Positions 50,103 to 61,964 of a stretch of 64,000 bases of DNA are shown here, piece after piece; within the stretch, counting starts at the first letter, position 1, and each line of letters begins with the position of its first letter. The stretch comes from an uncultured delta proteobacterium (GTDB lineage Bacteria > Desulfobacterota > Syntrophobacteria > Syntrophobacterales > Syntrophobacteraceae), in NCBI GenBank assembly GCA_963808625.1, contig CAWEHK010000031.1:18169-82168 (forward strand), read 5' to 3'. A program made the translations under genes and the position numbers. Below the pieces are notes generated by a model. The model worked only from the letters and a program-made list of their open reading frames with translations. It was not told the origin of the DNA and made no database searches.

Positions 50103-51026
50103 TTCCCTCTCCTGCCTCTGGCGGGACGTTTTGTGTTTGACACGTTGCACCATAAAATAGCACGATCCATGGATATCATCCACATTTTCATTTTTGAACC
50201 ACACATTAAAGTGACAAGATGATGCTATTAGCTAATCTCGGATGATCTTTGGAATTCGAGATTTCCTGCACGCAGTCATCACCGCATGAACCTGGATTTC
50301 GGAACATAGCTAAAAGACCTTCCGCAAGCCATCCCAATCCAGGTCCGCGGCGGGTGTGTGAACTGGGTCCCCACGCTCGCCGTTTCAAGATTGGACGCCA
50401 CTCCCTGCGCCAGCCTAAGTGGTAGGAAAACAAACCACCTGGAGATAATACTTGCCAGCAAGATTATGCACGCATCTTCTGACGTTGCGTCGCTCCCGAC
50501 CATTTCGCCGCAATCTTTCGTTTCCAGTTCCGTGAACGTTCTCTCAGCCCCAAGCCCGAAGCCAGCGTCTGTTTATAGCTTAGGCGCGATACGTTGGAAC
50601 GCCTGAAAATGGTCATGGTCCTGTCTTTGTCATGTCATGGCCAATCTCTCAAGTGTTTTATTCTATTGCCAACCAACGTTTGTCCCCCCTATAAAGTATC
50701 TGGTATACAACGTGCTTTCAGGGTGGACGGTTGAGCAGAGGGCGTCCAAAAATAGAAGGCCTTCTTTTACCACGAAGAACACGAAATGATATCTTCGTGC
50801 TCTTCGTGGTTCGATAAAGGGCTGACATGCTTTTGGCGGGAATCCGGAGAATTTGCCCAGCCTGGATGCCCGCCAGAAAAAGCCGGGAATGACGTCGCGA
50901 ATGAGAACACTTAATTAATGCGGAGCTGTTCTTTGTCTCTGACCCGGAGGGACGCAGCGCTTCTATCGAATTGTGGGAGGGAGAGATTATGAAAAAAGGC
51001 ATGAAACAAAGGCGAGGAGGTAAGTG

Positions 51027-53050
51027 ATGGTTGGTGATGATTCGATACGCCAGTTGGATGCGATCTTGAGACCCAGGAGTGTCGCCGTAATCGGTGCTTC
51101 CAATACCCCCGGCAAGTATGGTCACGAAATCCTCAAGAACATCCGGGAGGGTGGTTACCAGGGAGCCATCTATCCCATCAACCCCAAAGCGGAAACCATC
51201 CTCAATCTCTCCTGCTTCCCGAGCATCCAGGACACTCCGGAGGCGCCGGACCTGGCGGTGGTCATCATTCCGGCACGGCTGGTACCGCAGGCGGTGGAAG
51301 ACTGCGGCAAGAGGGGTGTGCGCTCCGCCGTCATCATTACCGGCGGCTTTTCTGAAGCCGGGGCCGAGGGCGCCATCCTCCAGCAGCAGACTGCGGAGGC
51401 GGCGCGGAAGTTTGGCGTCAGGGTCCTCGGGCCCAACTGCCAGGGAGTCAACAACCCGTATCATTGCCTGTGTGCCTCCTGGCCGCTGCTCACCTACCGG
51501 GGCATTGTCGCCGTGGTTTCCCAGAGCGGTACCGTGGGCGCGGCGATGATGGACTGGTTTTCCGAAGAAAAGCTGGGGGTATCGAGCTTCGTTGCTTTGG
51601 GCAACCGGGTCGATGTGGACGAGTCGGACCTGATTGCCTATTTCAATGAAGACAACAACACCGCGGCGATTGCGGCTTATATCGAGGGGATCAAACGGCC
51701 CGAGAAATTCATGGCTGCGGTCGAGCGGCTCAACAAACCCCTGGTGGTCCTGAAACCCGGGCGTACCCCCAGGGGAAAAGTTGCCGCCGAGTCCCACACC
51801 AAGTCGCTTGCCGGCGCCGATGCCATCTACGATGCCCTCTTTGCCAAATATGATATCTGCCGAGCATACACCATCGAGGAATTCTACGACTTTTCCAAGG
51901 CCTTCGCTTACCTGAAACCACCCAATGGCAACCGCATCCTCTTTGTCACCACCTCCGGAGGGTCCGCGATTTTAGCCACCGACCAGGCGGAACAGGAAGG
52001 ATTGGATGCCGCGCCGCTCCCAACCCATCTCGTTGAGGCTGTCTCCCCTCTCATCCCGCCCCACGCCATCAGATCCAACCCCATCGACCTGACCGGCGAT
52101 GCCACCGCACAGATGTTTGCCGAGGTGATCGAGGCCGCCAGAAATGATTACGACACCATTGGGGTGATCTTTGGCGATCCCGTGCCGAATGTATCCCAGG
52201 CGGTGACACCGGGGGCCAACGAACTCGTCGTCTTTCCTGGGCGGCGCCGAGGTGGAGCGGCGGGAGAGGGAGCTCATGCATCTCAAGGGAGTACCCGTTT
52301 TCCCGACACCCGAACGGGGCATGAAGGCGCTGGCGCGGGTGGTCGGCCGCAAGGCCCTGGCGCCACCCCAGCGACCGACGCTCACCACGGCCGTGACCGG
52401 CCGGCAGCTTGCCGCCCGATAAAGCCATGCAGCTGATGGCCGACGAGGGCCTGCCGACCCCGCCATCGGCCCTTGCCGCCAGTGCCGCTGCTGCCGGTCG
52501 CATCGCCAGAGAGCATGGTTTTCCGGTGGTCCTCAAGATCAGTTCCCCGGACATCGTCCATAAGAGCGACATCGGAGGCGTGCGTCTCAATCTGACCTCC
52601 GCCAGAGCCGTGGAGAAGAACTGCCGGGAGCTCATGCAAGTGGCCCGCGAGCGTTTCCCCAAAGCCCAGGTGGATGGCGTGCTCGTCAGCAAGATGGCGC
52701 GGCCCGGCCAGGAGGTCATTGTGGGAATGAACCGCGATCCCCAGTTCGGGCCGATCATCCTGTTCGGCCTCGGCGGGGTGCTGGTCGAAGTCTTTCGGGA
52801 CGTCAGCCTGCGCCTTTCCCCGTTGAATGCGGATGAGGCCCTCGACATGATCAGGGAGATCAAGGGATATCGTGTCCTAGCCGGCTATCGGGGGCGAGAC
52901 GCCGTGGACGAGCAGGCCCTGGTGGGATGTCTCATGAAGGTCTCGGAAATCGCTCACAAGCATCCAGAGATCGTTGAAATCGACCTCAACCCGGTGCTGG
53001 CCTACCCGGACGGGATCATGGTGGTCGATGCCCGAGTCATTGTGCAGTAA
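51027..53050 (+). CDS. ADP-forming acetate/acyl-CoA ligase, alpha-beta fusion (frameshifted at 52230-52420)
   Basis: PRSVAVIGAS, LGPNCQG, SQSG, SHTKSLAG, NPIDLTGD, HKSDIGGV, DPQFGP, EIDLNPV. Confidence 0.9.
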
Positions 53051-53146
53051 GGGGAGCTATCGGCGGGGAGGTCTACCGTTGCCTTCGATGGGGCCCATTA
53101 ACCCAATAACCTTGTATTTTTGGTATGCATGATGAGGAGGCTATGA

Positions 53147-54368
53147 GTGAAGACCTTGCGTGAGCTATATCGCATCGGAGCCGGCCCATCCAGTTCTCAC
53201 ACCATGGGTCCTTACCGGGCTGCGGCCGAGTTCGGAAACAATAATCCCCAAGCCCGGTCGTTTCGCGTCACACTCTATGGCAGCCTGGCCGCCACCGGAA
53301 AAGGTCATCTGACCGACGTCGCCATCCGGGAAGCGCTCAAGGAACGCAAGGTAGAGTTTGCCTGGAAGGCATCCGAGGTGCTTCCGCATCATCCCAACGG
53401 TATGCTCCTGGAGGCCCTGGGCGAAGCGGAAGAAGTCATCAGCGCTCGGGAGGAGTACAGCGTGGGCGGCGGGGCCTTACTCTCCGATGGGGAAGCGGAA
53501 GAGCTCTACCCGGCCAAGACTCTTGCCGAGATCCTGAACCATTGTGAGAAGAGCGGCGAGAGTTTCTGGGAATATGTCGGCGGGATTGAGGGTGAGGATG
53601 TCTGGAATTTCCTCAATAGAATCTGGAGCGCTATGTGCGATGCCATCGAAAGAGGCCTTGAGTCCGAGGGGACCCTTCCCGGCGAGTTGGGGCTCGCGCG
53701 CAAAGCCCGCGCGCTCTTTCGCAAGAGCACCATCCTGGGCCCCGAGATCCTCAGCGATGCCCTGCTTGCCGCCTATGCCTATGCAGTGGCCGAGGAAAAT
53801 GCCTGCGGCGGCCGGGTGGTGACCGCTCCCACGTGTGGGTCGAGTGGTGTGCTCCCGGCCGTCCTCTACTACCTCAGGGGCAGAGTTGGACTGCAATCGC
53901 ATGGATATCATGCGCGCTCTGGCAACGGCCGGTTTGTTCGGAAACATCGTCAAATCGAACGGTTCGATCTCGGGAGCCGCCGTTGGCTGTCAGGGGGAAG
54001 TGGGCACGGCCTGTGCCATGGCCGCGGCGGCAGCCGCTCAATTGCTGGGGGGAAGTCCGAGACAGATCGAGTATGCCGCGGAGATGGGGCTGGAACATCA
54101 CCTTGGCCTGACTTGCGACCCAGTGCTTGGCCTGGTGCAAATCCCGTGCATTGAACGCAATGCCCATGCCGCGACCCGGGCTGTCAGCTGCTGCCACTTC
54201 GCGCTGCTTTCGGATGGACTCCACCGGATCTCCTTTGACGATGCCGTGACCGTCCTCATGGAAACCGGGCAGGCCTTGCCGGCACTCTACAGGGAAACAT
54301 CCACGGGCGGCCTGGCACGAATCTACGAAAAGCGAATCGCCCTGGAGGATGCCGACGGCAAAAGTTAA
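53147..54368 (+). CDS. sdaA: L-serine ammonia-lyase, Fe-S dependent, single chain (frameshift near 53880)
   Basis: GPSSSHTMGP, LYGSLAATGKGHLTD, VTAPTCG, GCQGEVG, HHLGLTCDP, PCIERNA. Confidence 0.92.
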
Positions 54369-54566
54369 GGGTCCACTGCCTTTTACTGTCTTTGACCAGA
54401 AGCGGTTCAGGGATTTTTTGCCCATATTTCAACTCCCTCCTATATGTCCTTTTGCGTTGAAACCTACAAGCATTTTCGACCTCATCCCCCACAGTGTCCT
54501 ATTGAAAACGCCGAGTCCCTGCGGTAAGGTTTCTGCCGAGCGGGCAGACCACAACGCTGAGGAGGT

Positions 54567-55286
54567 ATGAAGATGATTCGCCCGGCAAAGCGGACCACGC
54601 TGTACAAGGATGTCATCAACCAGATCGTCGAGATGATCAAGAAGGAGGAGTGGCCTCAAGGAGAACGCATTCCCGGCGAGATCGAGCTGGCCCGGTCATT
54701 TCAGGTCAGTCGAAACTGCGTAAGGGAAGCACTCAAAACACTGGCTCATTCCGCGATCCTTGACGCGAGGCCGGGACTGGGAACGTTCCTCGCGGAAGAT
54801 GCCGTTCGCAAAATCCGCACGATGGAACTGGGGCAGCCGGTGCGGGACAAGAACTATTTCACGGAGCTCCTTCAATTCCGCTTGATGATCGAACCGGAAA
54901 TGGTTGCAGTGGCGGCAGAGCAGGCCAGCGACGAGGACATTCAGGAGCTTGAGCGCGCGGTGCTGCGGACCGATGAGGCGCTGGAGCGCGGTACCTATAC
55001 TGTGGAAATCGGTTTCGACTTCCACATGGTGCTGGTGAGGATGATGCAGAACCGGGTCCTCGCCAAAGTCTATGACTCGATAGCCGATGACATGAAGCTG
55101 CAAAGGGGTTTACTGATCCTGCGTCATCTTGGCCAGAAGGATCTCTTCCGGGAAATGAACGAGCACAAAGTGATCTTCCAGAGCATCAAGGACCGGAACG
55201 GGTCAAGGGCTCGGCGCCAGATGCGACAGCACTTGAAAACAGCGATCAAAATCATGACCCAGTCGACACTGGTTGGTGCTTCCTGA
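54567..55286 (+). CDS. GntR/FadR-family transcriptional regulator
   Basis: GERIPGEIELARSFQVSRNCVREAL wHTH; FCD domain with FH and EH motifs. Confidence 0.92.
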   Translation: MKMIRPAKRTTLYKDVINQIVEMIKKEEWPQGERIPGEIELARSFQVSRNCVREALKTLAHSAILDARPGLGTFLAEDAVRKIRTMELGQPVRDKNYFTELLQFRLMIEPEMVAVAAEQASDEDIQELERAVLRTDEALERGTYTVEIGFDFHMVLVRMMQNRVLAKVYDSIADDMKLQRGLLILRHLGQKDLFREMNEHKVIFQSIKDRNGSRARRQMRQHLKTAIKIMTQSTLVGAS

Positions 55287-55502
55287 AATTCCCGCAACTT
55301 TAAACACTCTTCTTAACCCTGGAAATTCCTTCTCACGCTCCGTATTTTTTCATGACTGCTTGATTTTTGCATCAATATGTAGGACAACTCAACAATATGA
55401 GTGGGGTTTCGAATGCGACTGCCGGGAAAACTCACGGTTACCTGGAACGACGGTGTCGCGAAATAGGGCCGCGCAAAGGATGAATTCCACGGAGGCCTTT
55501 CA

Positions 55503-58312
55503 ATGACACCTAAAGCAGGACAGATTATGTGGAGACCATTGAGGCTTTTGGGATGCGCATTCTTGCTTGGGCTTCTGATACTTGGCCGTTATCCCGCCGC
55601 CCAAGCAACGCCGGAAGCAGCCCCCAGCAGTGAAATGCAAAAGCCTCTGGTGATCGCCTGCGACCGCGACAACCCCCCCTACACGATGCTCTACCCGGAA
55701 GGCACTCCCGCGGGTATGTTCATCGATATCTGGAGACTGTGGGCAAAAAAGTCCGGAAAGCGCATTGAATTTCGTTTTACCGACCTGGGCGAGTCCGTCG
55801 CCTCCATCACAACCGGCGCCGCGGATATTCATTCGGGCCTCTTCGCCACCGAGGACCGCACGGCCACCATGGACTTTTCGCAGCCTTTTTTCGAATCCAG
55901 CTCTTCGCTTTTCTTCCCGCTGAAGTCGGTCAAGTTAAGAATATCGAGGATCTTGAAGGGGAAAAAATAGGGGCGATTCATGGTGGCGCCACTGCGGCCT
56001 ATCTTCAGGAGCACGTTCGGAGTTTAGACGGTCGTGACCTACAAGGACCCCAGGGCCATGATCGATGCGGCTCTTATGGGAGAGATTCGCGCCATTGCCA
56101 GCGAAACGCTGGGGTTTTTCATGCTCCTGGGACATCACGGCCGGGCCGGGGATTTCAATCGACTGGACAAGCCTCTCTATAGACAGAAGTTTGTGGCGGC
56201 CGTGGCCAAGGGGCGCCAAGAACTCCTGGCCGAGATCGAAGCGGGGTTCGATGCCATGTCCAATGATGAGCTGATGGAAATCGAAACCCGCTGGATTCCC
56301 GTACGGGAACTGCTGTATTTCAGAGGCCTTTCGGCCCAGGTCAATTTAACGGCTGCCGAAAAGGCCTGGCTCCGCGACCACCGAACGCTTCGCATCGGCA
56401 GTGACCCCGCTTCGCCGCCTTTTGAATTCATCGACTCCGATGAGCAATATCGAGGCATCGCCTCTGATTATATGCGGCTTTTGGCCGAGCGCCTGGGGTT
56501 CGATATCAATATTGTGCCGAGCTCCTCCTGGTCTGAGGTAATCAAGTTGGGCAAATCACGAGCCGTCGACGTCTACCCTTGTGCCGTGGACACTCCCGAA
56601 CGTAGAACCTATATGCGCTTTACCCGTCCCTATCTCAAATTTCCCGTGGTCATCATCACCCAGGTCAAGACCCCTTATGTGGGTGGCTTGAAGGACTTGA
56701 GCTGGCTGCGGGTGGCGGTGGTTCGCGATTTTGCCAGCCATGAATTTTTGCAGCGGGATTACCCGGACATCCAGCTGGTTCCGGTCGACTCTCCACGGGA
56801 AGGCTTGGAGGCGGTCTCTTCCAACACGGTCTATGCTTTTGTCGAAAACCTGGGGTCAGCAACGTATCTGATCAGTAAACACGGTTTTCTGAATCTCAAG
56901 GTCGCGGCTTCAACTCCCTACGATTTCGAAATGGCACTCGGCGTGCGCAACGATTGGCCCGAACTCTTCGGCCTCCTGGAAAAAGGGCTCAATTCCATCA
57001 GCATCGAGGAACGCAATGCCATTTCGAGAAAATGGCTCACCCTCAAATTCGAGCACGCTATCGATCCGGCCCATTATTGGAACCTGGCTAAAGTGGGTGG
57101 GGGCGCGGCCGTCATCCTGGTGCTGATCCTTCTTTGGAATGTGCAGATCAGGAGGCGTGAGGAGCGTTTCAGGGGGTTGACCGAGCATGGGATGGACATC
57201 ACCCAGGCCTTCAGCGAGGCAGGTGCCATCGTTTATCAAAGCCCTTCGCACGCGTCTCTATTGGGCTACGCCGACAATGAACTCATCGGCCACTCTGTTG
57301 ACGAACTGTTCCATGAAGAGGACCTGCCGAAATGGCAGCAGACCCTGGAGACGCTCCGGCGGAGTCAGGAGGTGCAAAGGCTGGTCCACCGCCTTCGCCA
57401 CAAGAATGGAGAGTATCTCTTCTTCGAATCGAATATCGTTGACATGACCAACAACAAGTCTTTGAGGGCGATCGTCATCAGCGCCCGCGATGTCACCGAC
57501 CGGATCACGGCCGAGGAGGATTTGAAAAGGGCTCATGCCCAGCTCGAACAACGGGTTGCGGAACGAACCACGGCCTTGACGGAAATTAACATAGCAGCTG
57601 CAGCGGGAGATCGAAGCGCACGAAGAGGCCAAACAGAAAATTTTGACCTACCAGGACCTGCAGCGCTCACTGACCTCGGAATTGGCTCTGGCCGAAGAGC
57701 GGGAGCGACGTCGCATTGCCGTGGATTTGCACGACCGCGTGTCGCAGGCGTTAGCCCTTTGCCAGATAAAACTGGGTCTGCTCCAGAAGCATGCCCTGGA
57801 CTCCCGAGGCCGACAAATCTCTGGCCGAAGCGCTGGAACTCTGCCGGACAGCCCTGGCGGATACCCGCACCCTGACCTTTGAAATCAGCCCGCCGGAGCT
57901 TTACGAATTGGGTCTCGAGGCGGCGTTGGATGAACTGACGGAAATGACGGGAAAAGATCACGGGCTTGCGACCGAGTTCGTGGACGATGAAGAGCCCAAG
58001 CCTCTTACTTTAGATGTGCAGGTGACCCTTTACCGCGCCGTGAGGGAACTGATCATCAATGTGGTGAAGCATGCCCGGGCCGGCCGCATCAGAGTGGCGG
58101 TCCGGCGGGAGGACCGCACCATAAGGGTGGAGGTTTCCGATGACGGCATTGGTTTTGATCCCGTCAAAGTCTATGCTTATGGAGTTCGAGACAAGTCGTT
58201 CGGCCTGCTCAGCATCCATGAGCGCATCGGGCTTCTCGGCGGTTCCATGGAGATTGACTCACAGGTCGGCGGGGGAACAAGGGTCCATCTGAGGGCCCCG
58301 CTGCGAGATTAA
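55503..58312 (+). CDS. Sensor histidine kinase: periplasmic family-3 SBP domains, TM, PAS, HisKA_3/HATPase (several frameshifts)
   Basis: DNPPY and PPFEF SBP motifs; ERFRGL PAS; ERRRIAVDLHD, ELIINVVKHA, VSDDGIGF. Confidence 0.85.
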
Positions 58313-58330
58313 AGGCTGAAGAAGGAAACC

Positions 58331-58982
58331 ATGAAATCCAGACTCGTTCTAGTCGACGACCACATGCTTTTTCGGGAAGGGCTGAAATCCCTGCTGAGAG
58401 AAGACCCACGGGTGGAAATCGTGGGCGAGGCGGGCAACGGCAGAGATGCCGTAAGGCTGTGCCGAGAACTCTTGCCGGACATTGTGATCACTGATGTCGC
58501 CATGCCCGAACTCAACGGTATCGAAGCGGCCCGCCTGATTTTGGAGCAAAGCCCGCGCACCAGGATCATCGTCGTGTCAATGCATTCCAGCCGGCGCTTC
58601 GTTGTCGGCATGCTGAAGGCCGGGGCCGTCGGTTATCTTCTAAAAGACTGCGCCTTCCAGGAACTGAGCAGTGCCATCACCGCGGTGCTGGAAAATAAGG
58701 TTTATCTCAGCCCGGCTATCGCCGGCATCCTGGTGGATCAGGTCACCAGCCAGGGCTGGGATTGACAGGGCTGAGTTGCCCGGGCTTACGCCCCGAGAAA
58801 TTGAAGTGCTCCAGTTGCTGACGGAAGGGAAGAAGGCCAGTGAAATAGCCGGGCGACTGCATTTGAGCGTGAAGACCGTGCAGACCCACCGACGGAATAT
58901 CATGGAGAAACTGGACCTCCACAATCTTGCCGATTTAACCAAATATGCCATCCAAAAAGGGCTGGTCAGCAGCGATATCTGA
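58331..58982 (+). CDS. NarL/LuxR-family response regulator (frameshift near 58760)
   Basis: LVDDH..DVAMPELNG..GYLLK; LTPREIEVL..LSVKTVQTHRRNIM. Confidence 0.92.
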
Positions 58983-59671
58983 TTTCCCTGCCGCTGAAGC
59001 TTGTCCTTGAACAGCCCTCAGGAAAGGACCCCAGAAAAGGGTTTCTCTTAGCCAATCGCATGGCGCAAATATTGTCCCCGCAGGTTCTGGGCAGGGAGCG
59101 GACATCCAGGCTCTGTTCTGGATTCCGCGAGAGCTTGTCCTCGCAGGCTTTAGGCGGGGAGCATGCGGGAAAGACGCCCGGTTATGATGGTCACTCAATC
59201 CTGGTTCTTGGTTCCCAAGCTCCAGCTTGGGAACCAGCAAGGCAACAGTCAGAGTTTCTTCGCTTCTCTTGCTCACTGACCACTTCTCTTTCCAGACAAG
59301 CCTCTAAGCAAATGCGCCCTTGCCCTCATCCATTGTCTTAGCCGGTGGGGTTAAGACCTTACCCAAATTTCATCCGTCTGGCCCTTCAACTTACCTTTCT
59401 TAGCCGATTTACCCGCCCCAATTTGAGCGATACTCTACCCGCAAAGCGACGGTATCGGGTTTGCGCCCGCGTCGAGGATTGAGGCATGCCGGACAATAGT
59501 TTTGGCACGAACCTGATGAACCTCAAACAAGGGAGGAAAAGGCGGCAAGACAATTAGGGTATTTGAGAAGTCGTTTTCGTATTGGTCCTGTTTTTACGGT
59601 TGGGCAAACAAGCCTGCAGCTGAAGCGGTCATCATGCTTAAGCAGAAGGCGTTTTCAAGGAGGTATTGGTT

Positions 59672-61132
59672 ATGAGTACTGAGGATCTGCTAAATCTTGA
59701 AGCGATCACGGGTAAAGGGGAAGTGGTTGAGGAAGAAGTGAAAGGCATGGGAGAAGTCAATGCCTATGTAATTATCGCTGTTCTTATCATGCTAGCCACT
59801 ATCGCAACCTGGGTGGTTCCTGCTGGTGTATATGACAGGGTACTGGATCCGGCTACCAACAGACAAGTTGTTGTAGCAGGATCATTCCATTCGGTACCAC
59901 AAGCTCCAGTTGGTCCTTGGGAAATGTTTAAGCTACTTCAAAAGGGATTTATTGATGCCAATGTTATTATCCTGTTTATTCTTGTTGTGGGTGGAACCTT
60001 TGGACTCTTGGCACAGACTGGTTCCATTACGGCATTGATTGCCAAAGCGGTTGTCGCATTTAAAGGTAAACCTTATGAAAGATGGTCCTTTATTTTTATT
60101 TTCGCCGTTTTGTACTCGTTTTCCATGACTTTCGGTTTCGCCGAACAAGGGATAATTTTCGTTCCATTCATTGCAATGATGGCAATTTCCATGGGGTATG
60201 ATGCCATTCTCGCTGTTGGATGCGTTTGCTTTGCCACAGCTTTGGGGTATGCCGGTTCTCTTACCGGGCCTTTTAACGTCAGTATCGCTCAACAAGTTGC
60301 CGGGCTTCCTCTGTATTCCGGGCTCTGGTTTAGAGCAATATGTTCAGTTTTTATTTTTACAATATCAGCCTGGTATTTGCTTAGGTATGCAACAAAAGTT
60401 AAAAAGGATCCTTCCAAGAGTTTGGTGGCTGGTTATGATTTCAGTAGTCTGAAAATGGTTGAAGACCCGGAAAAAATGATTATGACAGGTTTACAGAAGC
60501 GAGTGATGCTGCTTTTTGGCGTATCAATCGTATTTATGATTTATGCAATGCTGGAACTCAAATTCGGCATGGCTGAGCTCACTGCTTATTTCATGGCAGT
60601 TGGGGTTTTGACAGGAATTCTTTCACTCATGAAACCTGGTCAAATAGCAGATGGCTTCGTTGATGGTGCAAAATCGTTGCTATATCCAGCTCTATTGGTA
60701 GGTTTTGCACGTGGAATTCAGACTATTATGGATAAGGGATTAATTCTGGATTCCCTGATTAATTTCTTGGTATGGCCATTGTCTCACCTTGCTACATGGC
60801 TTGTACCCGGAATGATGGTTTTTGTACAAAGTATAATTAACTTAATTATTCCAAGTTCCTCTGCCATGGCTGTTGTTACCATGCCTATCATGACACCTTT
60901 ATCCGATTTGCTACATGTACAAAGACAGACCGCAGTTTTGGCTTATCAATTCGGCGACGGCATAACGAATCTGATTTTGCCAAGTTATTCTGTATTGATA
61001 GGAGCTCTTGGCCTTGCGAGTGTACCTTTTGCAAAGTGGTTTAAATTCGCATGGCCGATTTGCGTAATCCTTACTGTTGTTGTTCTTGTACTTTGTACGC
61101 TAGCTGAAGTGATAAAAGTAGGACCTTTCTAA
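59672..61132 (+). CDS. YfcC/DcuC-like ion-transporter superfamily protein
   Basis: TWVVPAGVY, NVSIAQQVAGLPLYSG, RQTAVLAYQFGDGITN. Confidence 0.88.
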   Translation: MSTEDLLNLEAITGKGEVVEEEVKGMGEVNAYVIIAVLIMLATIATWVVPAGVYDRVLDPATNRQVVVAGSFHSVPQAPVGPWEMFKLLQKGFIDANVIILFILVVGGTFGLLAQTGSITALIAKAVVAFKGKPYERWSFIFIFAVLYSFSMTFGFAEQGIIFVPFIAMMAISMGYDAILAVGCVCFATALGYAGSLTGPFNVSIAQQVAGLPLYSGLWFRAICSVFIFTISAWYLLRYATKVKKDPSKSLVAGYDFSSLKMVEDPEKMIMTGLQKRVMLLFGVSIVFMIYAMLELKFGMAELTAYFMAVGVLTGILSLMKPGQIADGFVDGAKSLLYPALLVGFARGIQTIMDKGLILDSLINFLVWPLSHLATWLVPGMMVFVQSIINLIIPSSSAMAVVTMPIMTPLSDLLHVQRQTAVLAYQFGDGITNLILPSYSVLIGALGLASVPFAKWFKFAWPICVILTVVVLVLCTLAEVIKVGPF

Positions 61133-61161
61133 ATTGAGTTATTTCACCTGAGGAGAGGGCT

Positions 61162-61932
61162 ATGATCGATCTTGGTTGGCTCGGCCACATCGAATTTTCT
61201 TTGAGATTCTTGCTGGCGGTGGGAAGCATCGTTCTCATCGACCTGGTGCTGGCCGGCGACAACGCCGTGGTGATCGCCATGGCGGTCAAAAACCTGCACG
61301 GCAAACAACGGACACTCGGCATCATGCTCGGATCCGGCGGGGCGGTTGTGGTTCGGGTGGCCTGCACCTTCCTGGTGGCCCAGCTGCTCATCATGCAGTA
61401 CGTCAAGCTGATCGGCGGGGCGGTCATCATCTGGATCGCCGTCAAGCTGCTCACCGAAACCGCCGAAGAGGAATGCCATGGCAAGGAGGCTCAAAGCATC
61501 TGGCAGGCGCTCTGGATCATCATCGTGGCCGACATGAGCATGGGCATCGACAACATGCTCGCCGTGGGTGCGGCCAGCCACGGCAACCTGTTTCTGCTCC
61601 TCTTCGGTCTGATCCTGTCCATTCCGTTTGTGGTGTTGATGAGCACCATGCTTGCCAAGCTGATGGACCGCTACCCGATCATCCTGTGGATCGGGGCGGC
61701 GCTGCTCGGCAAGGTCGGCGGCGAAATGATGGCCACCGACCCGTTTATCGTCGAACTCTTCAAGCTGCCCCATTGGGTGGAGTATGCATCGATGGCCTTC
61801 TTCGTCGCCTTCGTCTGTGGGCTGAGCAAGTTGATCCTTAACCGGAAGAAGGCGAAGTGCGCAACGGAACCCGCCCATGGCGGTGATATGGCCGTGGCGG
61901 TGGAACCCGCTCGCTCCGACGGCGGCAAGTGA
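61162..61932 (+). CDS. TerC/YjbE-family membrane protein
   Basis: IDLVLAGDNAVVIAMA, IIVADMSMGIDNMLAV. Confidence 0.9.
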   Translation: MIDLGWLGHIEFSLRFLLAVGSIVLIDLVLAGDNAVVIAMAVKNLHGKQRTLGIMLGSGGAVVVRVACTFLVAQLLIMQYVKLIGGAVIIWIAVKLLTETAEEECHGKEAQSIWQALWIIIVADMSMGIDNMLAVGAASHGNLFLLLFGLILSIPFVVLMSTMLAKLMDRYPIILWIGAALLGKVGGEMMATDPFIVELFKLPHWVEYASMAFFVAFVCGLSKLILNRKKAKCATEPAHGGDMAVAVEPARSDGGK

Positions 61933-61964
61933 TTCAGTGCGGAAACCATTAAGGAGGATCTTTC

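Noticed and set aside
50206..50640. Short ORFs between phaR and the acyl-CoA ligase
   Set aside because: No recognisable motif or clear SD; overlapping candidates on both strands
59503..59517. Sigma54 promoter upstream of the YfcC gene (TGGCACGAACCTGAT)
   Set aside because: The -24 element fits but the -12 position reads GA rather than GC
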